Positions 20,250 to 29,059 of a DNA stretch of 64,000 nucleotides are shown piece after piece. Position 1 is the stretch's first letter, and each line of letters starts with the position of its first letter. The notes under the pieces were generated by a model. The model was not told the origin of the DNA and made no database searches. It was given only the letters and a program-made list of their open reading frames with translations. Source of the DNA: a virus; IMG/VR virus record IMGVR_UViG_3300022555_000024, positions 32,001 through 96,000 of that record; one strand, written 5' to 3'. The position numbers and the translations under genes were made by a program.

Positions 20250-20525
20250 ATGCTAAGTACAAAACATTTCGAATATCAAAAAAATCCTCCAACTCTTTTC
20301 GCTTATAAATCAGATTTGAGCAACGTAGATAAAGGATTTATAACATCTGTTAATAAGAATTTTGAAAAAGGATTATTAATCCAAAGTCACGTTACGGGAA
20401 AAAAGATGCACTTCTTACTTCATGAATTTGAATTTGAAGAAGGTACTAATAAAATTCAATCGTGGATTCTTAATTCTAGGTCAAAAGATAATAAGCTTAT
20501 AACAATAATTATATACAACAAATGA
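20250..20525 (+). CDS. hypothetical protein (resembles 51889-52137)
   Basis: Shared FxY...L.A..S.L...I.S..T.K...F pattern. Confidence 0.55.
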   Translation: MLSTKHFEYQKNPPTLFAYKSDLSNVDKGFITSVNKNFEKGLLIQSHVTGKKMHFLLHEFEFEEGTNKIQSWILNSRSKDNKLITIIIYNK

Positions 20526-20800
20526 CAAATAAACAAAAGGAAGCAGTAGAACATCCTGCACATTATGCCGAGGGTAGATCGTATGAACCAATTGATGTTA
20601 TTAGAGATTGGGATCTCAATTTTAACCTTGGAAGTTCTTTAAAATATATTGCTCGTATGGGAAGAAAAGATGATGCAGTTCAGGATTTAAAAAAAGCTGT
20701 ATATTATATTCAACATGAAATAAAATCAATAGAAAAAATAAAAAATGAAACAAGTGAAACGAAAAAAATTACAAGCTCCACACAGCAGGAAACTTACTGA
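20522..20800 (+). CDS. DUF3310-like protein
   Basis: VEHPAHY, EPIDVI, LKYIARMGRK and DLKKAVYY. Confidence 0.85.
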   Translation: MTNKQKEAVEHPAHYAEGRSYEPIDVIRDWDLNFNLGSSLKYIARMGRKDDAVQDLKKAVYYIQHEIKSIEKIKNETSETKKITSSTQQETY

Positions 20801-21173
20801 CCCTGATCATTACCCACAAGTAGATTCTCCATTTTTATTAGATAGAATACCAGAGAAGAAGACAAAGTATATACCAATTCCAGCAGATCAAAGAAAATTT
20901 GTTAATTATAAGCATCCCGGTAATAATGAAAATTCTAAAAAACCTGTTTACGAAGATGTAGATAAATTTTTTGAATGTCCTCATTGTGGTAGTACTATAG
21001 ACAATTATACTTGGAGATGTTATATGTGTAGATATGAAGCTTCAGTTTATAATGAACCAATAGATGGAGTTATTGATTATAGACATTGGACAAACATCGA
21101 AGAAACGAAGGAATTGAGAAAAAATTTAATTCGTGTTAATCCTTGGACTGGAGAAAAGTGGAATGGAAAATAA
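20745..21173 (+). CDS. zinc-ribbon protein
   Basis: CPHCG...CYMC. Confidence 0.55.
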   Translation: MKQVKRKKLQAPHSRKLTDPDHYPQVDSPFLLDRIPEKKTKYIPIPADQRKFVNYKHPGNNENSKKPVYEDVDKFFECPHCGSTIDNYTWRCYMCRYEASVYNEPIDGVIDYRHWTNIEETKELRKNLIRVNPWTGEKWNGK

Positions 21174-21549
21174 AGAAATTATAAATAATACAGAACCTTT
21201 AGAATGGTGGCAAACATTTCAAGGTATACTTGATAAAATGCAAGAAATAAAAGACGAAAATGATTTTATAAAGGCAGAAAATGCAAAATTAATGGAGGAT
21301 TTAGTTGAAAAGAAATCAGTTCGAAGAAGTAATGGAAGATCTAAGAAAATTTGATCCTCTTAGTGCAAATTGTATAGAATCTAGTATAGAAGGTATTATT
21401 CTAGCAATAGAAAGAGATCTTACAGAAGATGAAAAGATGATAGCATACAGTATGTTTTTATCTGGACTTATATTCGAAAAATTTAATCAAGTACAAGAAT
21501 CATTAACGTTTTCTAAGATATCATTAAATTAAATTTGTCAACACTGTAA

Positions 21550-21590
21550 AATGGCCCTGGTGAATTCACCAGGGCCATTGTTGTTTATTA
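21550..21590 (+). terminator. perfect 30-bp palindrome, probable terminator
   Basis: aatggccctggtgaattcaccagggccatt is its own reverse complement; followed by gttgtttatt. Confidence 0.7.
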
Positions 21591-21636
21591 AATAAGTCTC
21601 CGATATATCATAAATAAGTTTATAAACCTCTCTTTT

Positions 21637-21644
21637 TATAAATA
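21637..21644 (+). promoter_or_regulatory. T4-type late promoter
   Basis: TATAAATA 13 nt upstream of ATG 21657. Other copies at 8745, 11743, 13184, 20191, 52446 and on the minus strand at 30880-30887. Confidence 0.75.
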
Positions 21645-21656
21645 TTCTTATGATAA

Positions 21657-22049
21657 ATGACAATCGAATTATTAAACGAAGATAATTTTGAACCATATGC
21701 TATGCGAAATTATCGAAATGACTTTTGTTTTGATTTAACAGAATTTCACGATGATCTTAGAAGTATACGGTACATTAAAATTTTAATTAATCGCTACAAA
21801 AATACAGGATCTTTACAAGAAAGATTAATCTTGAATCATCTTATAACTATGAGTAACGTGTTTACTGTTGATGCTGTGGTAAAAATGTTATTTTATAAAT
21901 TAGATGAAATGGATTATCCTATTCTAAAATCATTTCTATCGTACCTTAATTATATGCCTGATATAATATATGGCATTAGAGGTCATAATATATGGAGTTC
22001 AGAAATTAAAGAAGATACATTAATTACACAAAGACTAAAACAATTATGA
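21657..22049 (+). CDS. conserved T4-like phage late protein
   Basis: LNEDNF..YAM..Y and ERLILNHLI motifs; late promoter. Confidence 0.7.
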   Translation: MTIELLNEDNFEPYAMRNYRNDFCFDLTEFHDDLRSIRYIKILINRYKNTGSLQERLILNHLITMSNVFTVDAVVKMLFYKLDEMDYPILKSFLSYLNYMPDIIYGIRGHNIWSSEIKEDTLITQRLKQL

Positions 22050-23197
22050 CAATAAATTTCAAAAATGTCTGGGAAACTATAGACAAAAAGGCATCTGAAC
22101 CTTTACAAGAACTTTTTATAAGACCAGATGGAGATTTGGAACAGGGAGCAGCAGAAGTTGCATCAGATATAGCAGTTCTTTTTGTAAGAACAATAAGTCC
22201 TTACATCTCTAATTTAATGACGAAGAGAAGAGTTAAAAGAGAAGAAATACAGAAAGCTCATACAATATTAACAGGAGCAGAGGAACAAATAGCTACCATT
22301 ATAAACAAAAGTGTTCAAGATAGATATCAACATCAGTGCGATGTGTGGGAAACTGAACTAGAAAAACTCGAAAGAAATTTAAAAGAAAGTAAAGATGTAG
22401 ATACCCTTATTGGTAATATTACAGAATCTTTAAAAAAGGGATCTGAATATAGAACATTCTTTAAGAATGCGCTAAAAAAATTCGGTGTTGAATCACAAGA
22501 TGAATTAACAGGAGATAAAAAGAAAAAATTCTTTGATTATGTTGATTCTAATTGGGAATCTGATGACGAAATCGAAGAATCGATTTCAGAGGAATCGTTA
22601 GATGAATTATTTATGACTCCCGAAAACAAGAAAGAAGAATTAGTTGCAGATGCTGCTATATTTTTAGTTAGAGTTGTTGGACCATATATTAGTAAATTGA
22701 TTAAAGAATTTAATGAAAGACGTTGTGTTGAAAAGAAAGAATTGATTACTGCTACTAGATATCTTAATAAAGCAGAACATGAAATAGAACTGATTAAAGA
22801 ACCCGCTACACAACTCGTTTTTAAGAAAATTCTATCTAAATGGTGGTCTCAAATCAAAAAATTCAAAAATTGTGGAATTAACGAAGAATCTGGCACAGCA
22901 TCTAAAGAATTTGTTGACTCAGAGGTCGAAGGACTTACAGGCGGTGCAAAAAAGGCATACGATATGGGCTTAAACCATGGTATGAATAATAGAAAACCAT
23001 TAGATAGTCCTGACGCTTCATTTGGTAGATTTGGCGATCACTATACGTATGGTTATAATGTTGGTAAGAATCATAGAAAAATAGATTCTGATGGTGTAGA
23101 ATGGCACAATAAGCAGAAAGGTAGAGTAAACTCATCTTATAGACCACTTCAACATGAGAGTGTTGATATTATAAAATCAAAGAAGAATTCTAACTAA
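22046..23197 (+). CDS. putative head internal polyprotein with internal duplication
   Basis: Duplicated L.ELF...F.VR...PYIS.L domain, FFKNALKKFGV...KKKFFDYVD module, and multiple (I/L)xE sites. Confidence 0.55.
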   Translation: MTINFKNVWETIDKKASEPLQELFIRPDGDLEQGAAEVASDIAVLFVRTISPYISNLMTKRRVKREEIQKAHTILTGAEEQIATIINKSVQDRYQHQCDVWETELEKLERNLKESKDVDTLIGNITESLKKGSEYRTFFKNALKKFGVESQDELTGDKKKKFFDYVDSNWESDDEIEESISEESLDELFMTPENKKEELVADAAIFLVRVVGPYISKLIKEFNERRCVEKKELITATRYLNKAEHEIELIKEPATQLVFKKILSKWWSQIKKFKNCGINEESGTASKEFVDSEVEGLTGGAKKAYDMGLNHGMNNRKPLDSPDASFGRFGDHYTYGYNVGKNHRKIDSDGVEWHNKQKGRVNSSYRPLQHESVDIIKSKKNSN

Positions 23198-24033
23198 TGA
23201 CTCAGTTTTTATTTGAAGGGAAATACTGGGATTTGCTATATGCATATCAATTTATTAAACGTCTTGTTATTCCATTTGATAAAACAGACGCATTTAAACT
23301 TGGTATTATAGATAAATATGGCAATAATTTAATTCCTAGAAAAGATTTCACAACAGATGAGCAAAAAAATGCATATACCTATTTTACAGTGATGGTATTT
23401 AACTTAAAGAAACTTTTAGGTAAACTTCCTGCGGGCAAAACGATGATGGCTTCTTTAATTGCAGCATTGCTTTTACTTAAAGAGGAAAAGAATAGAACTT
23501 TTCATATAGAACAAGAAAATGATGAAAAACTTCTTATAGAAAAATATAAACAAATATACGATAAAGTTCATTCATCTAATACAAATTTCATACCAATATT
23601 AACAGAGATTCATTGTCTCATTAAAGAAGATAAAATGATAAATGAAGAAGTAACTGGAGATCTGCCTACGTTACAAATACCAACTTCAACTGTTGGTGCA
23701 TTAAGAAGAAAACAGAAAAAGGATGCTATGATTAGAAGAGCTCCAGTTGTTTATGCAATACCAGAAGGCAATGGAGTCGAATCACATGGTGATTTTAAAG
23801 TTTTCACTGTTGATACCCCAACATTTATAGAAGCAAAGTCTGCAAAGAATAGATATAACAAATATGATAAATATGTAGGAAGAGCTGAGTTGGGAGAACA
23901 AATTAGATCATATGCAATTAGTAACCCAAACATGCCAGTTATCTTGAAGTGTGAGACTACAGGTCAAATATGTTTTTTAAAATATGGTAAAGTATCATTA
24001 GATTCTATAACAGAATTTAAAAATAAAAAATGA
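23197..24033 (+). CDS. conserved T4-like phage protein (late cluster upstream of primase)
   Basis: YQFIKRLVIPFDKTDAFKLGIID motif. Confidence 0.65.
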   Translation: MTQFLFEGKYWDLLYAYQFIKRLVIPFDKTDAFKLGIIDKYGNNLIPRKDFTTDEQKNAYTYFTVMVFNLKKLLGKLPAGKTMMASLIAALLLLKEEKNRTFHIEQENDEKLLIEKYKQIYDKVHSSNTNFIPILTEIHCLIKEDKMINEEVTGDLPTLQIPTSTVGALRRKQKKDAMIRRAPVVYAIPEGNGVESHGDFKVFTVDTPTFIEAKSAKNRYNKYDKYVGRAELGEQIRSYAISNPNMPVILKCETTGQICFLKYGKVSLDSITEFKNKK

Positions 24034-25166
24034 AATCATTTAAGACATACATAACAGAGAAGAAGGACCACCTGATAGATAAGCTAGCGATTACCGATCA
24101 CCAAAAGAAGGAACTTAAGGATTTTTTTGCAAAGAAACCAAACCTAGAGAACAAGATTGACTGGCAAAAGAAGGGTCTTGCCTTTAAGGATTTTGCGGAT
24201 GTCATGGCCACGACGAAGACCGAAAGAACCAGGATGGTAAAGAAGCAGGGCATCGCCGGGCTCAAAGATGGCAAGGATTATCTTGAACTAAAGGTACCTG
24301 CAGATTTTCCATTCCAGGCCTACATCCCACTTACCTGGGAAGCTAGCAAACTAATCGCATCAAACAAGATAGGTAAAGGTACTGCCAAGTGGTGCACTGC
24401 CCATCATAGCTTATATAAACATTGGTATGAATATGCAGATAATCTAGATGTTCTCATTTATCTCATAGGAAAAGATACCAAAATAGCAATGGTACTAGAT
24501 GGTAATTATATAGATGATGTTTATGATATAGAAGACAATACTATTGAGATTGAAGCCGAATATCGTATTCTAGTGGATATCAACAAATCTTTAATAAATA
24601 AAGCCAGAGGTATTATAGAGAAAGGTTTAAAGGACAGAGTTTGGGATGGAGGCACGTGGCTAGGCGGCACTTGGACTGGTAGATTATGGAAAGGCGGAAA
24701 CTGGAAAGATGGCAACTGGAAAGATGGAACATGGGAAGCCGGCAGTTGGGACCATGGAACATGGGAAGGTGGAATTTGGGAAGGCGGACTTTGGAGAAAC
24801 GGCACCTGGGAAAAGGGTATTTGGCAAAACGGAATTTGGAAAGATGGCAACTGGAAAGGCGGCACTTGGAAAAACGGTGTCTGGGAAGGCGGAACCTGGC
24901 AATACGGGCTTTGGCGAAATGGCATCTGGAAAGGAGGTGATTGGTGGGACGGCACTTGGTGGAACGGCACTTGGGAAGCAGGCACCTGGCAAGGCGGTAC
25001 TTGGCAAGCAGGCACCTGGCAAGGCGGTACCTGGGAAGCCGGCCTCTGGGAACGCGGAGATTGGTTGGGTGGAACTTGGAAAGGCGGAGATTGGTGGGGT
25101 GGTTATGATATAAATGGCAATTATCATGAAATGGGTGATTCACCAGATAAATGGAAACTAAAATGA
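24030..25166 (+). CDS. capsid-targeted protein: WCT domain plus 31 W-x-x-G-x repeats
   Basis: N-terminal MKSFKTYITE, AKWCTA, pentapeptide repeats and a GDSPDKW cap. Confidence 0.8.
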   Translation: MKSFKTYITEKKDHLIDKLAITDHQKKELKDFFAKKPNLENKIDWQKKGLAFKDFADVMATTKTERTRMVKKQGIAGLKDGKDYLELKVPADFPFQAYIPLTWEASKLIASNKIGKGTAKWCTAHHSLYKHWYEYADNLDVLIYLIGKDTKIAMVLDGNYIDDVYDIEDNTIEIEAEYRILVDINKSLINKARGIIEKGLKDRVWDGGTWLGGTWTGRLWKGGNWKDGNWKDGTWEAGSWDHGTWEGGIWEGGLWRNGTWEKGIWQNGIWKDGNWKGGTWKNGVWEGGTWQYGLWRNGIWKGGDWWDGTWWNGTWEAGTWQGGTWQAGTWQGGTWEAGLWERGDWLGGTWKGGDWWGGYDINGNYHEMGDSPDKWKLK

Positions 25167-25735
25167 AATCATTCAAGACATTTATAATAGAATCAAAAAT
25201 AAGAAAAAGTTACTTCGATTCATCCATTCCAGTTGTCATTCTTTATAAAACAGACGAGGAATATAACATTTGGGAACCGCGTTTTAAGAAATATGGATGG
25301 GCAATAGGTATCCTAGATAAGAAAATTATTATAGAAGATGGCGAGATTATAAAAAATTTAACAAAAACACAAATCTTATTTGTAGAATCTCATGAATGTT
25401 CTCATTTTATACTTGGGGAAAAAGCTACAGAAGTAGAATGTGATTGGCTTGCTATAGCAAATCTTTGGAAAAAAGGATTTAAAAACGCAGCAAAATTAGG
25501 AATAGACACCTTTGAGGAAAGAAATAATGTACTATTTGATACTTCAGATCTTCCGGGTTATGATTCTTGGATAAAAAGAAATAAACATTTGGGCGAATGC
25601 TTTATTTTAGAATGCAAAGAAAAAAATATAGAGATATTAAAAGCTTTAAAGAATTCACAAAAATTTAATATTTACCCATCAAAAAGCACTTTAGAAAGTG
25701 CTTGGGAAATATACACAGAATCTATTATACATTAA
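25163..25735 (+). CDS. capsid-targeted putative zinc metallopeptidase
   Basis: MKSFKTFIIE; HECSH followed by EVECD. Confidence 0.65.
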   Translation: MKSFKTFIIESKIRKSYFDSSIPVVILYKTDEEYNIWEPRFKKYGWAIGILDKKIIIEDGEIIKNLTKTQILFVESHECSHFILGEKATEVECDWLAIANLWKKGFKNAAKLGIDTFEERNNVLFDTSDLPGYDSWIKRNKHLGECFILECKEKNIEILKALKNSQKFNIYPSKSTLESAWEIYTESIIH

Positions 25736-25770
25736 AATTTTAAATTTATAATACTTTAATTATATTAAAA

Positions 25771-26661
25771 ATGAAAACGTATAAACATTTATTAGAAGAA
25801 ATATCAATGTTTGAAAATAATGGTGAAGGTGGTGGAACTTGGAAAGATGGTATTTGGAGAGGTGGCACTTGGTTAGGCGGCACCTGGAAATACGGAATTT
25901 GGAAAGATGGAATTTGGAAAGACGGAATTTGGAAAGACGGAATTTGGAAAGATGGAACATGGAAACGCGGAGTATGGAGTGGCGGTACTTGGAAAGATGG
26001 AACTTGGATTAGTGGCACTTGGAAAGGCGGAAATTGGTGGGACGGTACTTGGAAAGGTGGCATCTGGGAAAATGGTACTTGGAATAAAGGAACTTGGATT
26101 AGTGGCACTTGGAAAGGTGGAACATGGTTTGACGGTATCTGGAACGGCGGAACATGGGAAAAGGGTATTTGGAAAGGTGGAACATTGGAACGCGGTGATT
26201 GGTGGGACGGTACTTGGCAAGGTGGTACTTGGAAAGATGGCACTTGGAAAGGCGGAACCTGGCAATACGGGCTTTGGCGAAATGGCAAATGGAATGGTGG
26301 CAAATGGAATGGTGGAACCTGGGAAGGCGGAACCTGGGAAGGCGGTACCTGGGAAGGCGGAACCTGGGAAAAGGGTATTTGGAAAGGTGGAACATGGGAA
26401 CGCGGTGATTGGTGGGACGGTACTTGGCAAGGTGGCACTTGGAAAGGCGGCATCTGGAAAGGTGGAACATGGGAACGCGGTGATTGGTGGGACGGTATCT
26501 GGAAAGGCGGCACTTGGGAACGCGGCATCTGGAAAGGAGGTGATTGGTGGGACGGTACTTGGGAAGGCGGAGATTGGTGGGGTGGTTATGATAAATACGG
26601 CCGTTATCATGCAGCAGGCGATTCACCGGATAAATGGAAACTAAAAAACAAACTAAAATGA
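25771..26661 (+). CDS. capsid-targeted protein consisting almost entirely of ~50 W-x-x-G-x repeats
   Basis: MKTYKHLLEE, repeats, then GGYD...GDSPDKW. Confidence 0.8.
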   Translation: MKTYKHLLEEISMFENNGEGGGTWKDGIWRGGTWLGGTWKYGIWKDGIWKDGIWKDGIWKDGTWKRGVWSGGTWKDGTWISGTWKGGNWWDGTWKGGIWENGTWNKGTWISGTWKGGTWFDGIWNGGTWEKGIWKGGTLERGDWWDGTWQGGTWKDGTWKGGTWQYGLWRNGKWNGGKWNGGTWEGGTWEGGTWEGGTWEKGIWKGGTWERGDWWDGTWQGGTWKGGIWKGGTWERGDWWDGIWKGGTWERGIWKGGDWWDGTWEGGDWWGGYDKYGRYHAAGDSPDKWKLKNKLK

Positions 26662-26936
26662 AAACGTATAAAGAATTTCGTACAGAAATAGGGTCTAAAA
26701 CTTGGGACGATATTGCTGAAAATCCTAAATTAGTAGGACATATTCCTAGTAATATAAATAAAGAAATTTTAGATGATCCTAAAGATAGAAAATATTTGAA
26801 GTCTATTGGAAAAGCAAGGTTAAAGAAAGCAGAAGATCAATGGAAAAAGATTATAGATGATCCAGAAGAAGTAGGTAGTATTCCAAGTAACTATCCTGGG
26901 AAATTTAAAGGTGGTAATTTTGCAAACACAATTTGA
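26658..26936 (+). CDS. small capsid-targeted protein
   Basis: MKTYKEFRTE; internal duplication W..I..(N/D)P..VG.IPSN. Confidence 0.65.
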   Translation: MKTYKEFRTEIGSKTWDDIAENPKLVGHIPSNINKEILDDPKDRKYLKSIGKARLKKAEDQWKKIIDDPEEVGSIPSNYPGKFKGGNFANTI

Positions 26937-28057
26937 TGAAATCATTCAAGACATACATAACGGAGAAGAAGGACCATCTTATAGATAAGCTAGCGATTAC
27001 CGATCACCAGAAGAAGGAATTGAAGTCGTTTTTTGCAAAGAAGCCAAACCTAGAGAACAAGATTGACTGGCAAAAGAAGGGCCTGGCATTTGCCGATTTT
27101 GCAGATGTCATGGCCACGACGAAGACCGAAAGAACTAGGATGGTAAAGAAGCAGGGTATTGCCGGGCTCAAAGATGGCAAGGATTATCTTGAATTGAAGT
27201 CACCTGCAGATTTTCCATTCCATGCCTACATCCCACTTACCTGGGAAGCTAGCAAACTAATCGCATCAAACAAGATAGGTAACGGAACAGCCAAGTGGTG
27301 CACAGCACACCACAGCTTATATAAACATTGGTATGAATATGCCGAGAATTTTCGTGTTCTCATTTATCTCATAGGAAAAGATACCAAAATAGCAATGGTA
27401 CTAGATGGTAATTATATAGATGATGTTTATGATATAGAAGACAATATCACCACGGTTAAACCAGAATACCATACCCTAGTGGATATCAACAAATCTTTAA
27501 TAAATAAAGCCAGGGGTATTATAGAGAAAGGTTTAAAGGACAGAGTTTGGGATGGAGGCACGTGGCTAGGCGGCACTTGGACTGGTAGATTATGGAAAGA
27601 TGGAACATGGTATCGCGGAACCTGGGAAGCCGGAATTTGGAAAGATGGAATTTGGAAAGACGGAATTTGGAAAGACGGAATTTGGAAAGATGGAACATGG
27701 GAAGCCGGCCTCTGGGAACGCGGAGATTGGTTGGGTGGAACTTGGAAAGGCGGAGTCTGGGAAGATGGTGTTTGGGCCAGAGGTAGATGGGAAAGTGGTA
27801 TTTGGCGAGGCGGCACTTGGGAAGACGGTCATTGGTATAGTGGCACTTGGATTAGTGGCACTTGGTTGGACGGCACTTGGGACGGCGGAACCTGGCGAAA
27901 TGGCAACTGGAAAGGAGGTGATTGGTGGGACGGCACTTGGGAACGCGGTACCTGGAGAGGTGGCACTTGGTTAGGCGGCACCTGGTATGGTGGTTATGAC
28001 ATAGATGGCAATTATCATGTAGCGGGCGATTCACCAGATAAATGGAAACTAAAATGA
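26936..28057 (+). CDS. paralog of 24030-25166 with 30 W-x-x-G-x repeats
   Basis: Near-identical N-terminal ~200 aa; different repeat order. Confidence 0.8.
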   Translation: MKSFKTYITEKKDHLIDKLAITDHQKKELKSFFAKKPNLENKIDWQKKGLAFADFADVMATTKTERTRMVKKQGIAGLKDGKDYLELKSPADFPFHAYIPLTWEASKLIASNKIGNGTAKWCTAHHSLYKHWYEYAENFRVLIYLIGKDTKIAMVLDGNYIDDVYDIEDNITTVKPEYHTLVDINKSLINKARGIIEKGLKDRVWDGGTWLGGTWTGRLWKDGTWYRGTWEAGIWKDGIWKDGIWKDGIWKDGTWEAGLWERGDWLGGTWKGGVWEDGVWARGRWESGIWRGGTWEDGHWYSGTWISGTWLDGTWDGGTWRNGNWKGGDWWDGTWERGTWRGGTWLGGTWYGGYDIDGNYHVAGDSPDKWKLK

Positions 28058-28742
28058 AATCATTCAAGACGTGCATAACGGAGAAGAAGGATCACCTGAT
28101 AGATAAATTGAAAATGACTGATTTTGAAAAAGCACAATTAAAAGACTTTTTCAAAAGGAAACCAAACCTAGAAAACAAGATTGACTGGCAAAAGAAAGAT
28201 CTGGCCTTTAAGGATTTTGCGGATGTCATGTCCACAACGAAGACCGAAAGAACCAGGGCAGTCAGGAAGTCTGGCATCACAGGTCTCAAGAAAGGCATAG
28301 ACTATCTAGAGGTCAAAACTCCAGCAGATTCGCCGTTCCAGGCCTACATCCCACTTACCTGGAAGCTAGCAAACTAATTGCATCCAACAAGATAGGACCC
28401 TGTACAGGTGAATGGTGCATATCTCATCATAGTGAAAACAATGATTGGAATGTATATACAAAAGAAGGAGATGTATTTATTATGCTTATAGGACAAAGAA
28501 CAAAATTAGCAATAAAAATAAATAAAAAAGATGTATTTCATGTCTGGGATAGTGATGATAATCACTTAATTAAACATAATAGAGTTTGGGACTCAAACAT
28601 ATTTGGTGATAGTGCTGGTCATCATTTAGATATAGATAAATTAATATCGGATAATAAGAATATTATAGATAATGCAAGAAAAATTGTAACACCTCAGATT
28701 AGAACAACTCCGATAAGAATTACACCTTATTTTGAGATATAA
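28054..28742 (+). pseudogene. third WC(T/I)-domain paralog lacking repeats; frameshift near 28361
   Basis: ctggaagct versus ctgggaagct in the paralogs. The alternative frame continues ASKLIASNKIG..WCISHH into ORF 28482-28742. Confidence 0.75.
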
Positions 28743-29031
28743 CGAAGATAGTACTATCAATGAAGTAGATTATCCACGTGCAATAGAAGAATGTATAGAT
28801 CTCGGCTTGGGTTGGAGATTACCTACATATGATGAACTTAATAAATTGCGTTTGATATATCAAAATACCGATATTGTTGATAATTTTGATTTGCATCCAT
28901 ATGGTTTGTATTGGTCTTCGTCTTATGATAATAAAAGACAATCTGTTAGATGTATTATAATGCGGGGTGTAGTTGAATGGTCTAATATAACAATGGGTTT
29001 AGCTAGAGTAAGAGCAGTAAGAAGTGTCTAA
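28732..29031 (+). CDS. DUF1566/Lcl-like protein
   Basis: GWRLPTYDEL, YWSSS and VRAVR. Confidence 0.7.
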   Translation: MRYNEDSTINEVDYPRAIEECIDLGLGWRLPTYDELNKLRLIYQNTDIVDNFDLHPYGLYWSSSYDNKRQSVRCIIMRGVVEWSNITMGLARVRAVRSV

Positions 29032-29059
29032 ATCACTAATTTTTTGTTATATTTTTATT

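Noticed and set aside
24640-28000. CRISPR array
   Set aside because: Degenerate 15-nt coding repeats without unique spacers; no cas genes.
24521-28076. Many long overlapping ORFs in other frames or on the minus strand (Q-V-P-P-F, P-S-T, F-G-K repeats)
   Set aside because: Shadow frames of the stop-poor 15-nt repeat. Only the Trp frame has CTS starts, coupled stops and a conserved cap.
24030-28742. Diversity-generating retroelement (TR/VR pair)
   Set aside because: No reverse transcriptase in the window, and differences between copies are not adenine-restricted.
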